Source of the DNA: Beggiatoa leptomitoformis
Lineage (GTDB): Bacteria; Pseudomonadota; Gammaproteobacteria; Beggiatoales; Beggiatoaceae
Assembly (NCBI RefSeq): GCF_001305575.3
Contig: NZ_CP012373.2
Coordinates: 2,334,261-2,366,260 of the forward strand
Length of the DNA: 32,000 bases
Reading direction: 5' to 3'
Position numbers and translations under genes: made by a program. This document shows positions 7,155 to 16,303 of the stretch, in pieces. The notes under the pieces are model-generated. The model made no database searches. It was not told the origin of the DNA and saw only the letters and a list, made by a program, of their open reading frames with translations. Numbering within the stretch: the first letter of the stretch is position 1; each line of letters starts with the position of its first letter.

Positions 7155-8492
7155 ATGTCATTGCGTAAAGGACAACACGTTACCGCCGAAATTTTGCAAT
7201 ATGACCTTATTGTCCAAGAAAAATTGGGCGAGGGAGGACAAGGCGAAGTTTATCGAGTTATACATAATAATCAACATTCTTACGCGCTAAAGTGGTACAA
7301 CACTGAACAATCCACACCAGAACAAAAAAAATCTATTCAGGAATTAGTGAGCCATGGCGCGCCACATGGTGCGGCAGGAAAACGCTTTATTTGGCCTTTA
7401 GACATCGTTACAACTGAAAAAAATGCACAATTTGGCTATTTAATGCCCTTAATTGATACCCAACGTTTTGCAGAATTGGGTGAAATTCAAGCACATCGTA
7501 AACCTGCACCCAGTTTTGCAACTTTGTGTGAGATTTCTTATCAAATCGCTAATAGTTACCGTATGTTACATTTAGATGGTTATTGTTACCGCGATATTTC
7601 CGCAGGTAATGTAATGTTTGATGCACAAACAGGGGAAACTCTGATTTGTGATAACGATAATGTTGGCATCAACAGCCGTGATGCCACGTCCCAAGTGTGG
7701 GGAACGATGGAATATATGGCCCCCGAAGTGATACGCGGACAAGCAAAACCATCCATTGAAACTGACCAGCATTCGCTAGCCGTCTTACTGTTTAATTTAT
7801 GGGTATGGCATCATCCCATGCACGGTGACATGGAATATCAGATTTATGTGTGGGATTTACCTGCGAAAAAGCGTATTTATGGGGAAAATCCTGTTTTTAT
7901 TTTTGACCCAAACAATACGAGTAATCAACTCCCATCTGATGCGGAATATCACACTGCGCGTAAACGTTGGCAATATTGCCCATCTACACTGCAAGCCCTT
8001 TTTACACGTGCTTTTTCTGATGGTTTGCATCATCCCGCCAAACGGGTAACGGAAGGCGAATGGCAAGATTTATTTTTAGAACTTAAAGATAATGCGTTAC
8101 GCTGTCCACATTGCCACGCAGAAAACTTGTGGTCCCCCCCACAAAACCAATTAGCTTGTTGGCACTGTCAAACGACTATCCCCATTCCGCCAAAATTGTC
8201 TATTACCCATACTAAAGGTAAACACACCTTATTGTTGCATAAAGAAACCCAACTACTACAACGGCATATTCAACCCCATAGTGATAAAAGTCCGCAAGTA
8301 ATTGGTGAAGTTGTACAAAATCCGAATAATCCTAACGTTTGGGGAATTCGCAATCTAACCGATTATAACTGGACGGCAACGTTACCCAACGGGCAAGTAA
8401 AAACGGTAGAACCACAACGCGCTGCACCACTTAGTTTAGGGCTACGCTTAGAAATTCTCGCAGGCGTTGCCCATGCTGAAATTATCGCATAA
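7155..8492 (+). CDS. Atypical Ser/Thr protein kinase with C-terminal zinc ribbon and unassigned beta-rich domain
   Basis: 445 aa.
- Kinase motifs: G-loop LGEGGQGEVY; VAIK-like YALKW; catalytic loop YRDISAGNVM in place of HRDxKxxN; ICDNDNV in place of DFG; GTMEYMAPEV (APE).
- Zinc ribbon: CPHCH-x15-CWHC.
- After the ribbon comes a tail of about 110 aa (...VIGEVVQNPNNPNVWGIRNLTDYNWTA...). Confidence 0.8.
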   Translation: MSLRKGQHVTAEILQYDLIVQEKLGEGGQGEVYRVIHNNQHSYALKWYNTEQSTPEQKKSIQELVSHGAPHGAAGKRFIWPLDIVTTEKNAQFGYLMPLIDTQRFAELGEIQAHRKPAPSFATLCEISYQIANSYRMLHLDGYCYRDISAGNVMFDAQTGETLICDNDNVGINSRDATSQVWGTMEYMAPEVIRGQAKPSIETDQHSLAVLLFNLWVWHHPMHGDMEYQIYVWDLPAKKRIYGENPVFIFDPNNTSNQLPSDAEYHTARKRWQYCPSTLQALFTRAFSDGLHHPAKRVTEGEWQDLFLELKDNALRCPHCHAENLWSPPQNQLACWHCQTTIPIPPKLSITHTKGKHTLLLHKETQLLQRHIQPHSDKSPQVIGEVVQNPNNPNVWGIRNLTDYNWTATLPNGQVKTVEPQRAAPLSLGLRLEILAGVAHAEIIA

Positions 8493-8639
8493 CGTGCGAT
8501 AGACATTCCTTTGACACATAGAATTGGCATTATCACTTGAACACAGCGTAATTCCAGCGGTAATATCCCTGTGTTCTACAGGTGGATAACACCGTTCAAC
8601 ATGATGTTATCCATGCTACTTTATCAAGTGTTAAGTCAA

Positions 8640-10166
8640 TTAGGCTTTAACAGCGACAGGGATTTTACCGATTTTTGCCTGCCATTCCACTGGCCCTGTT
8701 TTATGTACAGAAGTTCCTTTAGAATCAACGGCAACTGTGACAGGCATGTCTTGCACCTCAAACTCATAAATAGCTTCCATACCCAAATCGCCAAACGCAA
8801 CAACACGAGAAGAACGGATAGCCTTAGAAACTAAATAGGCAGCACCACCAACCGCCATTAAATAAACAGCTTTGTGTTTCTTAATGGCTTCAATCGCAAT
8901 ATCACCCCGTTCTGCTTTGCCTACCATGCCCAATAAACCCGTTTTAGCAAGCATCATTTCGGTGAATTTGTCCATCCGCGTCGCTGTTGTAGGACCTGCA
9001 GGACCTACGGCTTCATCACGTACTGCATCGACAGGTCCGACGTAGTAAATAAAGCGATTGTTAAAATCAACTCCTTCAGGTAATCCTTTGCCTTGTGCGA
9101 ATAAATCCGCAATACGTTTGTGTGCTGCATCGCGCCCAGTGAGTAATTTACCATTGAGCAACAAGCGTTCACCGGGTTGCCATTGGAGAATTTCTTCATG
9201 CGTGATAGTGTCTAAATTAACACGGCGTGTTTGTGAGCTTGCTGTCCATGTGACTTTTGGCCAGTCTTCTAGTTTGGGAACAGGTAAGTGGGCAGCCCCT
9301 GTGCCATCCAGTGTAAAGTGAGCATGACGAGTTGCCGCACAGTTAGGAATCATTGCAACGGGCAGGGAGGCAGCATGAGTGGGGTAATCTAAAATCTTAA
9401 TGTCTAAAACGGTGGTTAAACCACCCAAACCTTGCGCACCAATGCCCAAGGCATTTACTTTTTCATAGAGTTCTAGGCGTAATTCTTCTATGCGATTGCT
9501 AGCACCACGGGCTTTTAGTTCATGAATATCGATGTGTTCCATGAGTGATTCTTTAGCGAGGAGCATGGCTTTTTCTGCTGTGCCACCAATGCCTATGCCT
9601 AAAATACCGGGCGGACACCAACCTGCTCCCATTTTTGGCACGGTTTCCAAAACCCAATCGACAATGCTATCACTTGGGTTGAGCATGACAAATTTGCTTT
9701 TATTCTCAGAACCACCGCCTTTAGCAGCTACTTTAACTTCTACTTTATCACCCGATACTAATTCTATGTGAACAATACCGGGGGTATTGTCGCGGGTGTT
9801 TTTGCGTGCGCCCGCAGGGTCATTAACAACAGAGGCACGAAGGGTGTTATCAGGATGACCATAGGCAAGACGAATGCCTTCATCAACCATTTCTTGAATA
9901 CTATGTTGTGTATCAAAACGGACATCCATCCCAATTTTTAAAAAGACAACACAGATTCCTGTGTCTTGACAGAGGGGACGATGACCTTCGGCACTCATGC
10001 GCGAGTTGACGAGAATTTGTGCCATTGCGTCTTTAGCCGCATCAGATTCTTCTCGTTCATAGGCTTCGCCTAAGGCTTGGATGTAATCAATGGGATGATA
10101 ATAAGAAATAAATTGAAAGGCATCGGCGATACTTTGAACAAAATCTTCTTCACGAATGACAGTCAT
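8640..10166 (-). CDS. Fumarate hydratase, class I (Fe-S dependent, fused N- and C-terminal domains)
   Basis: 508 aa. MTVIREEDFVQSIADAFQFISYYHP..., ...RPLCQDTGICVVF... and the C-terminal ...VGPAGPTTATRMD... are characteristic of the roughly 505-aa class I fumarases of proteobacteria. Confidence 0.9.
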   Translation of the reverse strand: MTVIREEDFVQSIADAFQFISYYHPIDYIQALGEAYEREESDAAKDAMAQILVNSRMSAEGHRPLCQDTGICVVFLKIGMDVRFDTQHSIQEMVDEGIRLAYGHPDNTLRASVVNDPAGARKNTRDNTPGIVHIELVSGDKVEVKVAAKGGGSENKSKFVMLNPSDSIVDWVLETVPKMGAGWCPPGILGIGIGGTAEKAMLLAKESLMEHIDIHELKARGASNRIEELRLELYEKVNALGIGAQGLGGLTTVLDIKILDYPTHAASLPVAMIPNCAATRHAHFTLDGTGAAHLPVPKLEDWPKVTWTASSQTRRVNLDTITHEEILQWQPGERLLLNGKLLTGRDAAHKRIADLFAQGKGLPEGVDFNNRFIYYVGPVDAVRDEAVGPAGPTTATRMDKFTEMMLAKTGLLGMVGKAERGDIAIEAIKKHKAVYLMAVGGAAYLVSKAIRSSRVVAFGDLGMEAIYEFEVQDMPVTVAVDSKGTSVHKTGPVEWQAKIGKIPVAVKA

Positions 10167-10369
10167 GGGCGTGTCCTACTTATGGTGACGATAAAGCGGT
10201 TATTATAACGCAAGGAGAAGCTATCGGGATGACTTTGACAACGCCGTATTGTGCTTGAAAATGCCATTTATCTTTCGCTTATGTCCCTTGAATCTTAATA
10301 GAACTTGTCTTTTTCAAACAATCTACCAGTGTTTAAGAATAACCAAGCATTTTTCTCCTCTTTCCCTTC

Positions 10370-13300
10370 GTGAGTTGTCAAACCATCATGTTAATTAGTG
10401 CAATTAATCGTTTTGCTGAAAAAGTTTTTGGGCGCGTTCCTTTGCTGATCATGCTAACGATTCCATTTATTTTACAAATGATTATTGCCTTAATTTTAGT
10501 GATTAGTTTGTCATTTATTTATCGGGGACAATTAGCCGAAGGGTTTATGCAACGCTTGAATGAGGCGTGTTTATTACGGATAGAGCAATATTTACAGAAT
10601 TATTTAACCTTGCCTACGCAATTGCTTGATTATGATGTAGCGTTTCTGCAAAAAGAATCTATAGAAAGTGAGAAACTAACCAGCTATTTTTCAAAACAAT
10701 TATATAGTTTTAATGCTATTTCTAGCATTTGGTTTGCATCGATACAAGGGCAATTTGTCAGTGTGGTTAAAACCCATGATAGTCTGTTATTAATCAGCAC
10801 TAAATCACCTTATCATACTGTTCTACAACAATCTTTTCAGAATATAGCGGGGGATTATTCTCATACTGAACAGCAAGATACATTTTCTTTTCAACATTCT
10901 TTTTGGTATCAATTACCTTTAATGAATCACTGGGAAACATGGTCAAACGTGACCAGTGCCGACTTGCCCTTATTGGAGCGTCCTCAACAAGTATTGAGTA
11001 AACCCGTCTATGACTTAAAAGGACAACTTATCGGAGTGTTGGGTATTGGGGTTGATACATACGACATCAGCGATTTTTTACAACAAACCTTAGTCAGTGA
11101 AAACAGTCATATATTAATTTTTGAGTCAAAAGGGCCTTTATTAGCGCTTGCATCACGGTTTAATCAACAGACCGTTATGCCACCACTAGAATCGCTTATT
11201 TATTCAAATGTGTTTGTAACATCACTACCCCAGCCATTACAAAGTATGATGAATCAACTGCAAACCTATCTTAAATCAGGCAGAACGATACATGAATTAC
11301 AACATTTACACATGAGTATTAATGAAAAAAATCATTTATTTACGATTAAACCATTTAAGGATAAACATGATTTATCATGGTTTATTGTCGTGTTATCACC
11401 AGAATTAGATTTTATGACAGCCGTACATAAAGACACGCTCAATATGGTGACATTTGCATTACTGGCCGTTTTATTATTTGCATGGTTTAGCATACGAACT
11501 GCACGCTGGGTGATTAAACCTGTTTTATCTTTAGATGACGCGGCGCAACAGTTGGCTATGGGAAAATGGGCACATGCATTACCTGTTAGACGAGTTGATG
11601 AAATGGGCAGTTTAGCGGTGTCTTTCAACACGATGGCGCGACAATTACAAGCATCAATTGCAACCCTTAAAATTAAAAATGATGAGTTACAACAACTTAA
11701 TCAATTAAAAGAAATTAAATTTCATAACATGGCCGCGATGGTTCCCGGTGTTATTTTTCAATGGTATGAAAAAAATACAGGACAACAAGGCTTTTATTAT
11801 GTGAGTTCACGCTGTTGGGATTTATACGGTATCAGTGCTGAAGCCTTACAAGCAGGTACGCAAAGCTTACCTATTCACCCTGATGATGATATTCATTGGC
11901 GCGAAAATGTCCGCCGTGCTATTGAACGAGGCGAAGAGTTGTCTGTTGAAGGGCGTTTTGTATTAAAAAATGGGGAAGTGAAATGGTGGCGCATCATCGC
12001 AAAACCCGTGATGAGTCGGGATGAAGTGGTACTCAATGGCATCATCATTGATATTACTCAACAACAAGCCTTAGAAGAATCTCTACGCCAAGCCAAGGAA
12101 ACCGCAGAACAAGCAAAATTAGCGGCTGATATTGCAAACCATGCAAAAAGTCGATTTTTAGCCAATATGAGCCATGAACTGCGTACCCCCATGAATGCAA
12201 TTCTAGGCTTTGCACAATTGATGATACGTGATGCACAAGTAACCGCCGTTCAACAAGAAAACTTAAATATTATTATTGAAAGTGGCGAGCATTTATTAGA
12301 ATTAATCAATGATGTCTTAGAAATGTCAAAAATTGAAGCAGGGCAAATTACCTTAAATAAAACAACGGTTGATTTGCAACAAATGTTAAATAATATCCTA
12401 AAAATGTTAAGAATTCGGGCAAAAAATAAAGGGCTATTGCTACATGATGTTGTTCACGCAACTGTGCCGCGCTATGTTAAAACTGATGAAAACAAGCTAC
12501 GACAAATTTTAATTAATTTAATTGCTAACGCCATTAAATTTACTGAACAAGGACAAGTAACGGTACAAGTGGCTTATCAACCTGCAACCGCGAACAAGAT
12601 GGCACAACTGCATTTTGCAGTACAAGATACAGGTATTGGAATTGACCCGAACGAAATAGAACGGCTTTTTGAGGCTTTTCAACAAAGTGTACACCATAAT
12701 AAGCCTTATGAAGGCTCAGGTTTAGGCTTGCCTATCAGTCGTCAATTTGTGCAACTCATGGGGGGCGATATTGACGTACAAAGCCAATTAGGTGAAGGCT
12801 CAACGTTTCACTTCACAGTAACGATTGAACGCGCAGATATTAATACCTTGCCCATTAGTGAACCTTATGCCACCGTTGTTGGATTGGCAACGGGACAAGC
12901 AAATTATAAATTATTAATCGTTGAAGATAATGATGAAAGTCGCCTCTTATTAAAACGCCTGCTTGAAGGGGTTGGTTTTGTTGTTAATGAAGCCAGTAAT
13001 GGCAAACAAGCCGTAAGCCTTTGCCAACAATGGCAACCTGATTTAATTTGGATGGATATTCGTATGCCTGTTATGAATGGTTATGAAGCAACCAAACAAA
13101 TTAAAGCGCAAGCGAAGGGGAAAAACATCATCATCATCGCACTCACAGCCAGCGCATTTGAACATGAACGCCAACATATACTGGATGCAGGCTGTGACGA
13201 CTTTGTACGTAAACCCTTTAGAGAAAGAGAAATATTTGATAAATTAGCATATTATTTAGGCGTGCGTTTTATCTACAATACCCAAACCAATAACAGTATT

Positions 13301-13570
13301 AGCCCTGCACCGACTGAACAATCAACAACGTCCTTCCATCACTTGGAACAACGACTGCATACGCTCCCTGCTCAATGGCTAACGGATTTACAACTAGCAG
13401 CAGCACAAGCAGATAATGATGTTGTTATGCAACTACTACAAGAACTGCCTAACACACATCATGATATTGCAGATAACATTGCAACCTTAGCCCACGATTT
13501 TCAATTTGATACTATCATCACTCTCTGTAAATCAGTTTTATCACTCTCACCTAATCGGCAGGTGCAATAA
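10370..13570 (+). CDS. Hybrid sensor histidine kinase/response regulator (periplasmic sensor-TM-HAMP-PAS-HisKA-HATPase-REC-C-terminal helical domain)
   Basis: 1066 aa from GTG 10370 (alternative start ATG 10388).
- Two TM segments flank a periplasmic region of about 300 aa.
- Kinase core: H-box MSHELRTPMNAI, N-box LINLIANAIKFT, G-boxes DTGIGI / GSGLGL.
- REC domain: LIVEDN...DLIWMDIRMPVMNG...VRKPF.
- The final 80 or so aa are not Hpt-like. Confidence 0.9.
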   Translation: MSCQTIMLISAINRFAEKVFGRVPLLIMLTIPFILQMIIALILVISLSFIYRGQLAEGFMQRLNEACLLRIEQYLQNYLTLPTQLLDYDVAFLQKESIESEKLTSYFSKQLYSFNAISSIWFASIQGQFVSVVKTHDSLLLISTKSPYHTVLQQSFQNIAGDYSHTEQQDTFSFQHSFWYQLPLMNHWETWSNVTSADLPLLERPQQVLSKPVYDLKGQLIGVLGIGVDTYDISDFLQQTLVSENSHILIFESKGPLLALASRFNQQTVMPPLESLIYSNVFVTSLPQPLQSMMNQLQTYLKSGRTIHELQHLHMSINEKNHLFTIKPFKDKHDLSWFIVVLSPELDFMTAVHKDTLNMVTFALLAVLLFAWFSIRTARWVIKPVLSLDDAAQQLAMGKWAHALPVRRVDEMGSLAVSFNTMARQLQASIATLKIKNDELQQLNQLKEIKFHNMAAMVPGVIFQWYEKNTGQQGFYYVSSRCWDLYGISAEALQAGTQSLPIHPDDDIHWRENVRRAIERGEELSVEGRFVLKNGEVKWWRIIAKPVMSRDEVVLNGIIIDITQQQALEESLRQAKETAEQAKLAADIANHAKSRFLANMSHELRTPMNAILGFAQLMIRDAQVTAVQQENLNIIIESGEHLLELINDVLEMSKIEAGQITLNKTTVDLQQMLNNILKMLRIRAKNKGLLLHDVVHATVPRYVKTDENKLRQILINLIANAIKFTEQGQVTVQVAYQPATANKMAQLHFAVQDTGIGIDPNEIERLFEAFQQSVHHNKPYEGSGLGLPISRQFVQLMGGDIDVQSQLGEGSTFHFTVTIERADINTLPISEPYATVVGLATGQANYKLLIVEDNDESRLLLKRLLEGVGFVVNEASNGKQAVSLCQQWQPDLIWMDIRMPVMNGYEATKQIKAQAKGKNIIIIALTASAFEHERQHILDAGCDDFVRKPFREREIFDKLAYYLGVRFIYNTQTNNSISPAPTEQSTTSFHHLEQRLHTLPAQWLTDLQLAAAQADNDVVMQLLQELPNTHHDIADNIATLAHDFQFDTIITLCKSVLSLSPNRQVQ

Positions 13571-14538
13571 TGGATACACCTCTTTACCCCTTAAAAACAG
13601 AGATAAATTATAAAGATAATATCCTCATTATTGATGATACCCTGCCTAATTTACGCCTACTTTCCAATATGCTAACCGAACAAGGCTATAAAGTTCGAGG
13701 CGTTACTAACGGCAATAGTGCATTGATTGCTATCCATTTATCACTACCCGATTTAGTCCTACTTGATATTAATATTCCCGATATAAATGGCTATGAAGTT
13801 TGTGAACGGCTAAAAGCTGACGAAAAAACCCGTGATATTCCCGTGATTTTTATCAGTGCAATGCACGATATTTTAGATAAAGTTAAAGCCTTTAGTATTG
13901 GCGGTGTGGACTACATCACCAAACCTTTTCACGTGGACGAAGTATTAGCAAGAGTGCGCACCCACTTAACCATCCGCCACTTACAAAAACGCCTAGAACT
14001 AGCGAATCAAGAATTGTATCGTCAAGCAACCTTAGATGGTTTAACCCAAATTGCTAACCGTCGCCGTTTTGATAGCTATTTAGAACAAATGTGGCAACAA
14101 ATGATGAATTTACAAAAGCCTATTGCCTTGATTCTCGCTGATATAGATTATTTTAAAACCTACAATGACACTTATGGACATTTAATGGGTGATGAATGCT
14201 TAAAAAAAGTAGCAAAAACAATTGAAGGCGCAACACATCGAGCAACAGACCTTGCTGCTCGGTATGGAGGAGAAGAATTTGCAGTCATTTTACCTGAAAC
14301 AGATATAACAGACGCATTACAAGTCGCTGAAACTATTCAAGACAATATCAAACTGCTTGCAATACCACACACACAATCAACCGTCAGTCATTTACTGACG
14401 CTAAGCATCGGTGTTACCTGTATGATACCCTCAACAACCAATAACAATGTCGCAATACAGCTTATAAGACAGGCAGATGCACTACTATATCAAGCAAAAT
14501 CATCAGGACGAAACCGCATACGATATCTCACCCCATAA
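13570..14538 (+). CDS. Response regulator-diguanylate cyclase (REC-GGDEF)
   Basis: 322 aa. REC motifs: ILIIDD...DLVLLDINIPDINGYE...ITKPF. The GGDEF active site is RYGGEEF, with an RxxD I-site (RATD) 5 residues upstream. The start overlaps the kinase stop by 1 nt (TAATG). Confidence 0.9.
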   Translation: MDTPLYPLKTEINYKDNILIIDDTLPNLRLLSNMLTEQGYKVRGVTNGNSALIAIHLSLPDLVLLDINIPDINGYEVCERLKADEKTRDIPVIFISAMHDILDKVKAFSIGGVDYITKPFHVDEVLARVRTHLTIRHLQKRLELANQELYRQATLDGLTQIANRRRFDSYLEQMWQQMMNLQKPIALILADIDYFKTYNDTYGHLMGDECLKKVAKTIEGATHRATDLAARYGGEEFAVILPETDITDALQVAETIQDNIKLLAIPHTQSTVSHLLTLSIGVTCMIPSTTNNNVAIQLIRQADALLYQAKSSGRNRIRYLTP

Positions 14539-14591
14539 CGATTTTTTCACTAACAAGCTATCTCACCCAAGCTTTTTAACAAAAACCACTG

Positions 14592-15119
14592 CTAGCTAAC
14601 CGCTTCATCATCCGTATCCATTACCCGTTTAAACAAAGTTGCACCACAATTTGGACACACAGGAATATAGGCAGGTTGCGTAAACTGCAAAGAATGTTGA
14701 CAATTATCACACTGTAACGTACCCGGCCCTGTGACTTCACCACTCATCCATTCCGTTGCAAGCCGCGCCCGTTCTGCCCATGCATCCAACTCTGAACGGG
14801 TATGATCTACCATAAAACTAAACATATCTAGCAACTTATCCTCGATAAGTGCCAAATCAAACCGCGCCCATTCTTTTAACCCCTGCTCTGTTTCTGATAG
14901 ATAGTGAGCCGCATCCTGTAAATCTCGAAACAAATAATGACCAATGCGCTCCGCTTCTTCAACCGTCAATTCTTCCAAAGCAATTGCTTTTTCTTTTGCT
15001 GCCTCAATGTGTTCTCGTAAAGTTAAAGTTGCGGGTGTATCAAGCGCGTCTTTCACCCGTGTCATCATCCGTTGATAGCCAGAAAGCAATTTATTATCAT
15101 TATTTTGCATGGTAAACAT
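14592..15119 (-). CDS. Zinc-ribbon-containing protein (DUF1451-like)
   Basis: 175 aa. An acidic helical N-terminal part is followed by a C-terminal CDNC-x17-CPNC zinc ribbon. The overall pattern matches what I remember of the DUF1451 family; this is not verified. Confidence 0.55.
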   Translation of the reverse strand: MFTMQNNDNKLLSGYQRMMTRVKDALDTPATLTLREHIEAAKEKAIALEELTVEEAERIGHYLFRDLQDAAHYLSETEQGLKEWARFDLALIEDKLLDMFSFMVDHTRSELDAWAERARLATEWMSGEVTGPGTLQCDNCQHSLQFTQPAYIPVCPNCGATLFKRVMDTDDEAVS

Positions 15120-15231
15120 TCCTGTATGAGAAAGATAAAACTGATTATCTATAAAGCGGTTAGCACTTGCTCAAATAGTTTAGCTAAAAAATAGTTTTTT
15201 GGCTGAATTACCTCCCTATTACAACGTTTTT

Positions 15232-15269
15232 CAAAAAAACAGGGGTAAATCCATAACCGATTTACCCCT
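15232..15269 (-). terminator. Rho-independent terminator of the amidase gene
   Basis: An 11-bp perfect stem, AGGGGTAAATC (15241-15251) / GATTTACCCCT (15259-15269), with a 7-nt loop. On the - strand it is followed by T7 (the + strand A-run at 15233-15239). It lies 28 nt downstream of the amidase stop. Confidence 0.75.
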
Positions 15270-15296
15270 TTAATAATCAATGCTGACTTTATATAT

Positions 15297-16133
15297 CTAT
15301 TTTGCCACGATAAAACGGCTATGTACCCAACCGATTTGCCCCTTCAAATTTTTAACATTATCTAAGACTTCAACTTCTTTCCACACACCTGTTTCCTCTC
15401 CCGTCGCTTTTAAGCGGGTATCTTTAGGCAGTGGACTATTTGGCAACGTCGCCCCGTTTTGGTCAGGCGTTTTACGAATGTGTAAATTAGCCGTTGTTAC
15501 ATACGTTCCCCCCTCATCACTGACAGAATCTGAACGTCCTAATAAACGTGAGCGAAAAGTCATCATAGGGAAAGCAGGACCGGGGTCGCTCTTACGTCCG
15601 GGGGCTATATCATCATGTCCTAAAATATCTTTTAATCCATAATGTTGAATTAATGTCCCCGCAATTTCTAAGGCAGTAAACAATTGCTCAGGTGTATATA
15701 ATTGCCAATAACGAGAAACCGTTTCATTTTTATGTTGCGCTTGAATGACTTGCTCAATGGGAATAGGGTCACCAAACCAAGTGCGAAAATCACCTGTTGG
15801 AGAAGGGTTTACAATCCCAACATTGTCTAATTCTATCCCGATAGAATAGTTGTTTAACCCTGTATAACCCTGCCAAGAACTGCTCCCTGCGTGCCATGCA
15901 ACCTTATTAAAAGCAACCAGTTGAATAACACTACCATCGCGTCCAACAACCAGATGTGCAGAGGCTTTTGCCGCAGGATTAACTAACCAATTGACAGACT
16001 GGTCAAAATTACGCCCTGCGGTGTAGTGCATCACCAAAAAACTAGGATTTAGAGCATCACCAATATTAGGAGAAGCACGGAAAGGATAAGGTGTATCGTC
16101 ATCACGGCACAGGCGGTGATTTATAATCTTCAT
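15297..16133 (-). CDS. N-acetylmuramoyl-L-alanine amidase (Amidase_2/AmpD fold) with C-terminal SH3b-like domain
   Basis: 278 aa. Amidase_2 motifs: LVMHYTAG, AWHAG, SIGIELDN, GHDDIAPGRKSDPG. The C-terminal 65 or so aa (YVTTANLHIRKTP...GWVHSRFI) look like a bacterial SH3 domain. No signal peptide is visible. Confidence 0.85.
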   Translation of the reverse strand: MKIINHRLCRDDDTPYPFRASPNIGDALNPSFLVMHYTAGRNFDQSVNWLVNPAAKASAHLVVGRDGSVIQLVAFNKVAWHAGSSSWQGYTGLNNYSIGIELDNVGIVNPSPTGDFRTWFGDPIPIEQVIQAQHKNETVSRYWQLYTPEQLFTALEIAGTLIQHYGLKDILGHDDIAPGRKSDPGPAFPMMTFRSRLLGRSDSVSDEGGTYVTTANLHIRKTPDQNGATLPNSPLPKDTRLKATGEETGVWKEVEVLDNVKNLKGQIGWVHSRFIVAK

Positions 16134-16303
16134 GGGGTATCCTTCTTATTACGTTGAAGTTTGCAAGCCAAAAAACAGACAAACTCGCTACCTACACAGT
16201 TTTACAGGTATCTTTGATAACGTCAATCAGTGAGAAATCAAGATGTGTAAATCTGTATGAATTAACAAAATATCTGTCTAGTAGTCCTTACAATATTAAT
16301 AAT

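Noticed and set aside
8539-8612. Two hairpins between the convergent kinase and fumarase genes as intrinsic terminators: GAACACAG/CTGTGTTC at 8539-8576 and GGATAACA/TGTTATCC at 8583-8612
   Set aside because: The loops are long (22 and 14 nt) and neither is followed by a T-tract on either strand. They may still affect 3' ends, but the sequence does not support a confident terminator call.
15280-15642. 120-aa plus-strand ORF inside the amidase gene
   Set aside because: It lies antisense to a CDS with clear Amidase_2 motifs, has no RBS or motif support, and shows the composition typical of an antisense frame.
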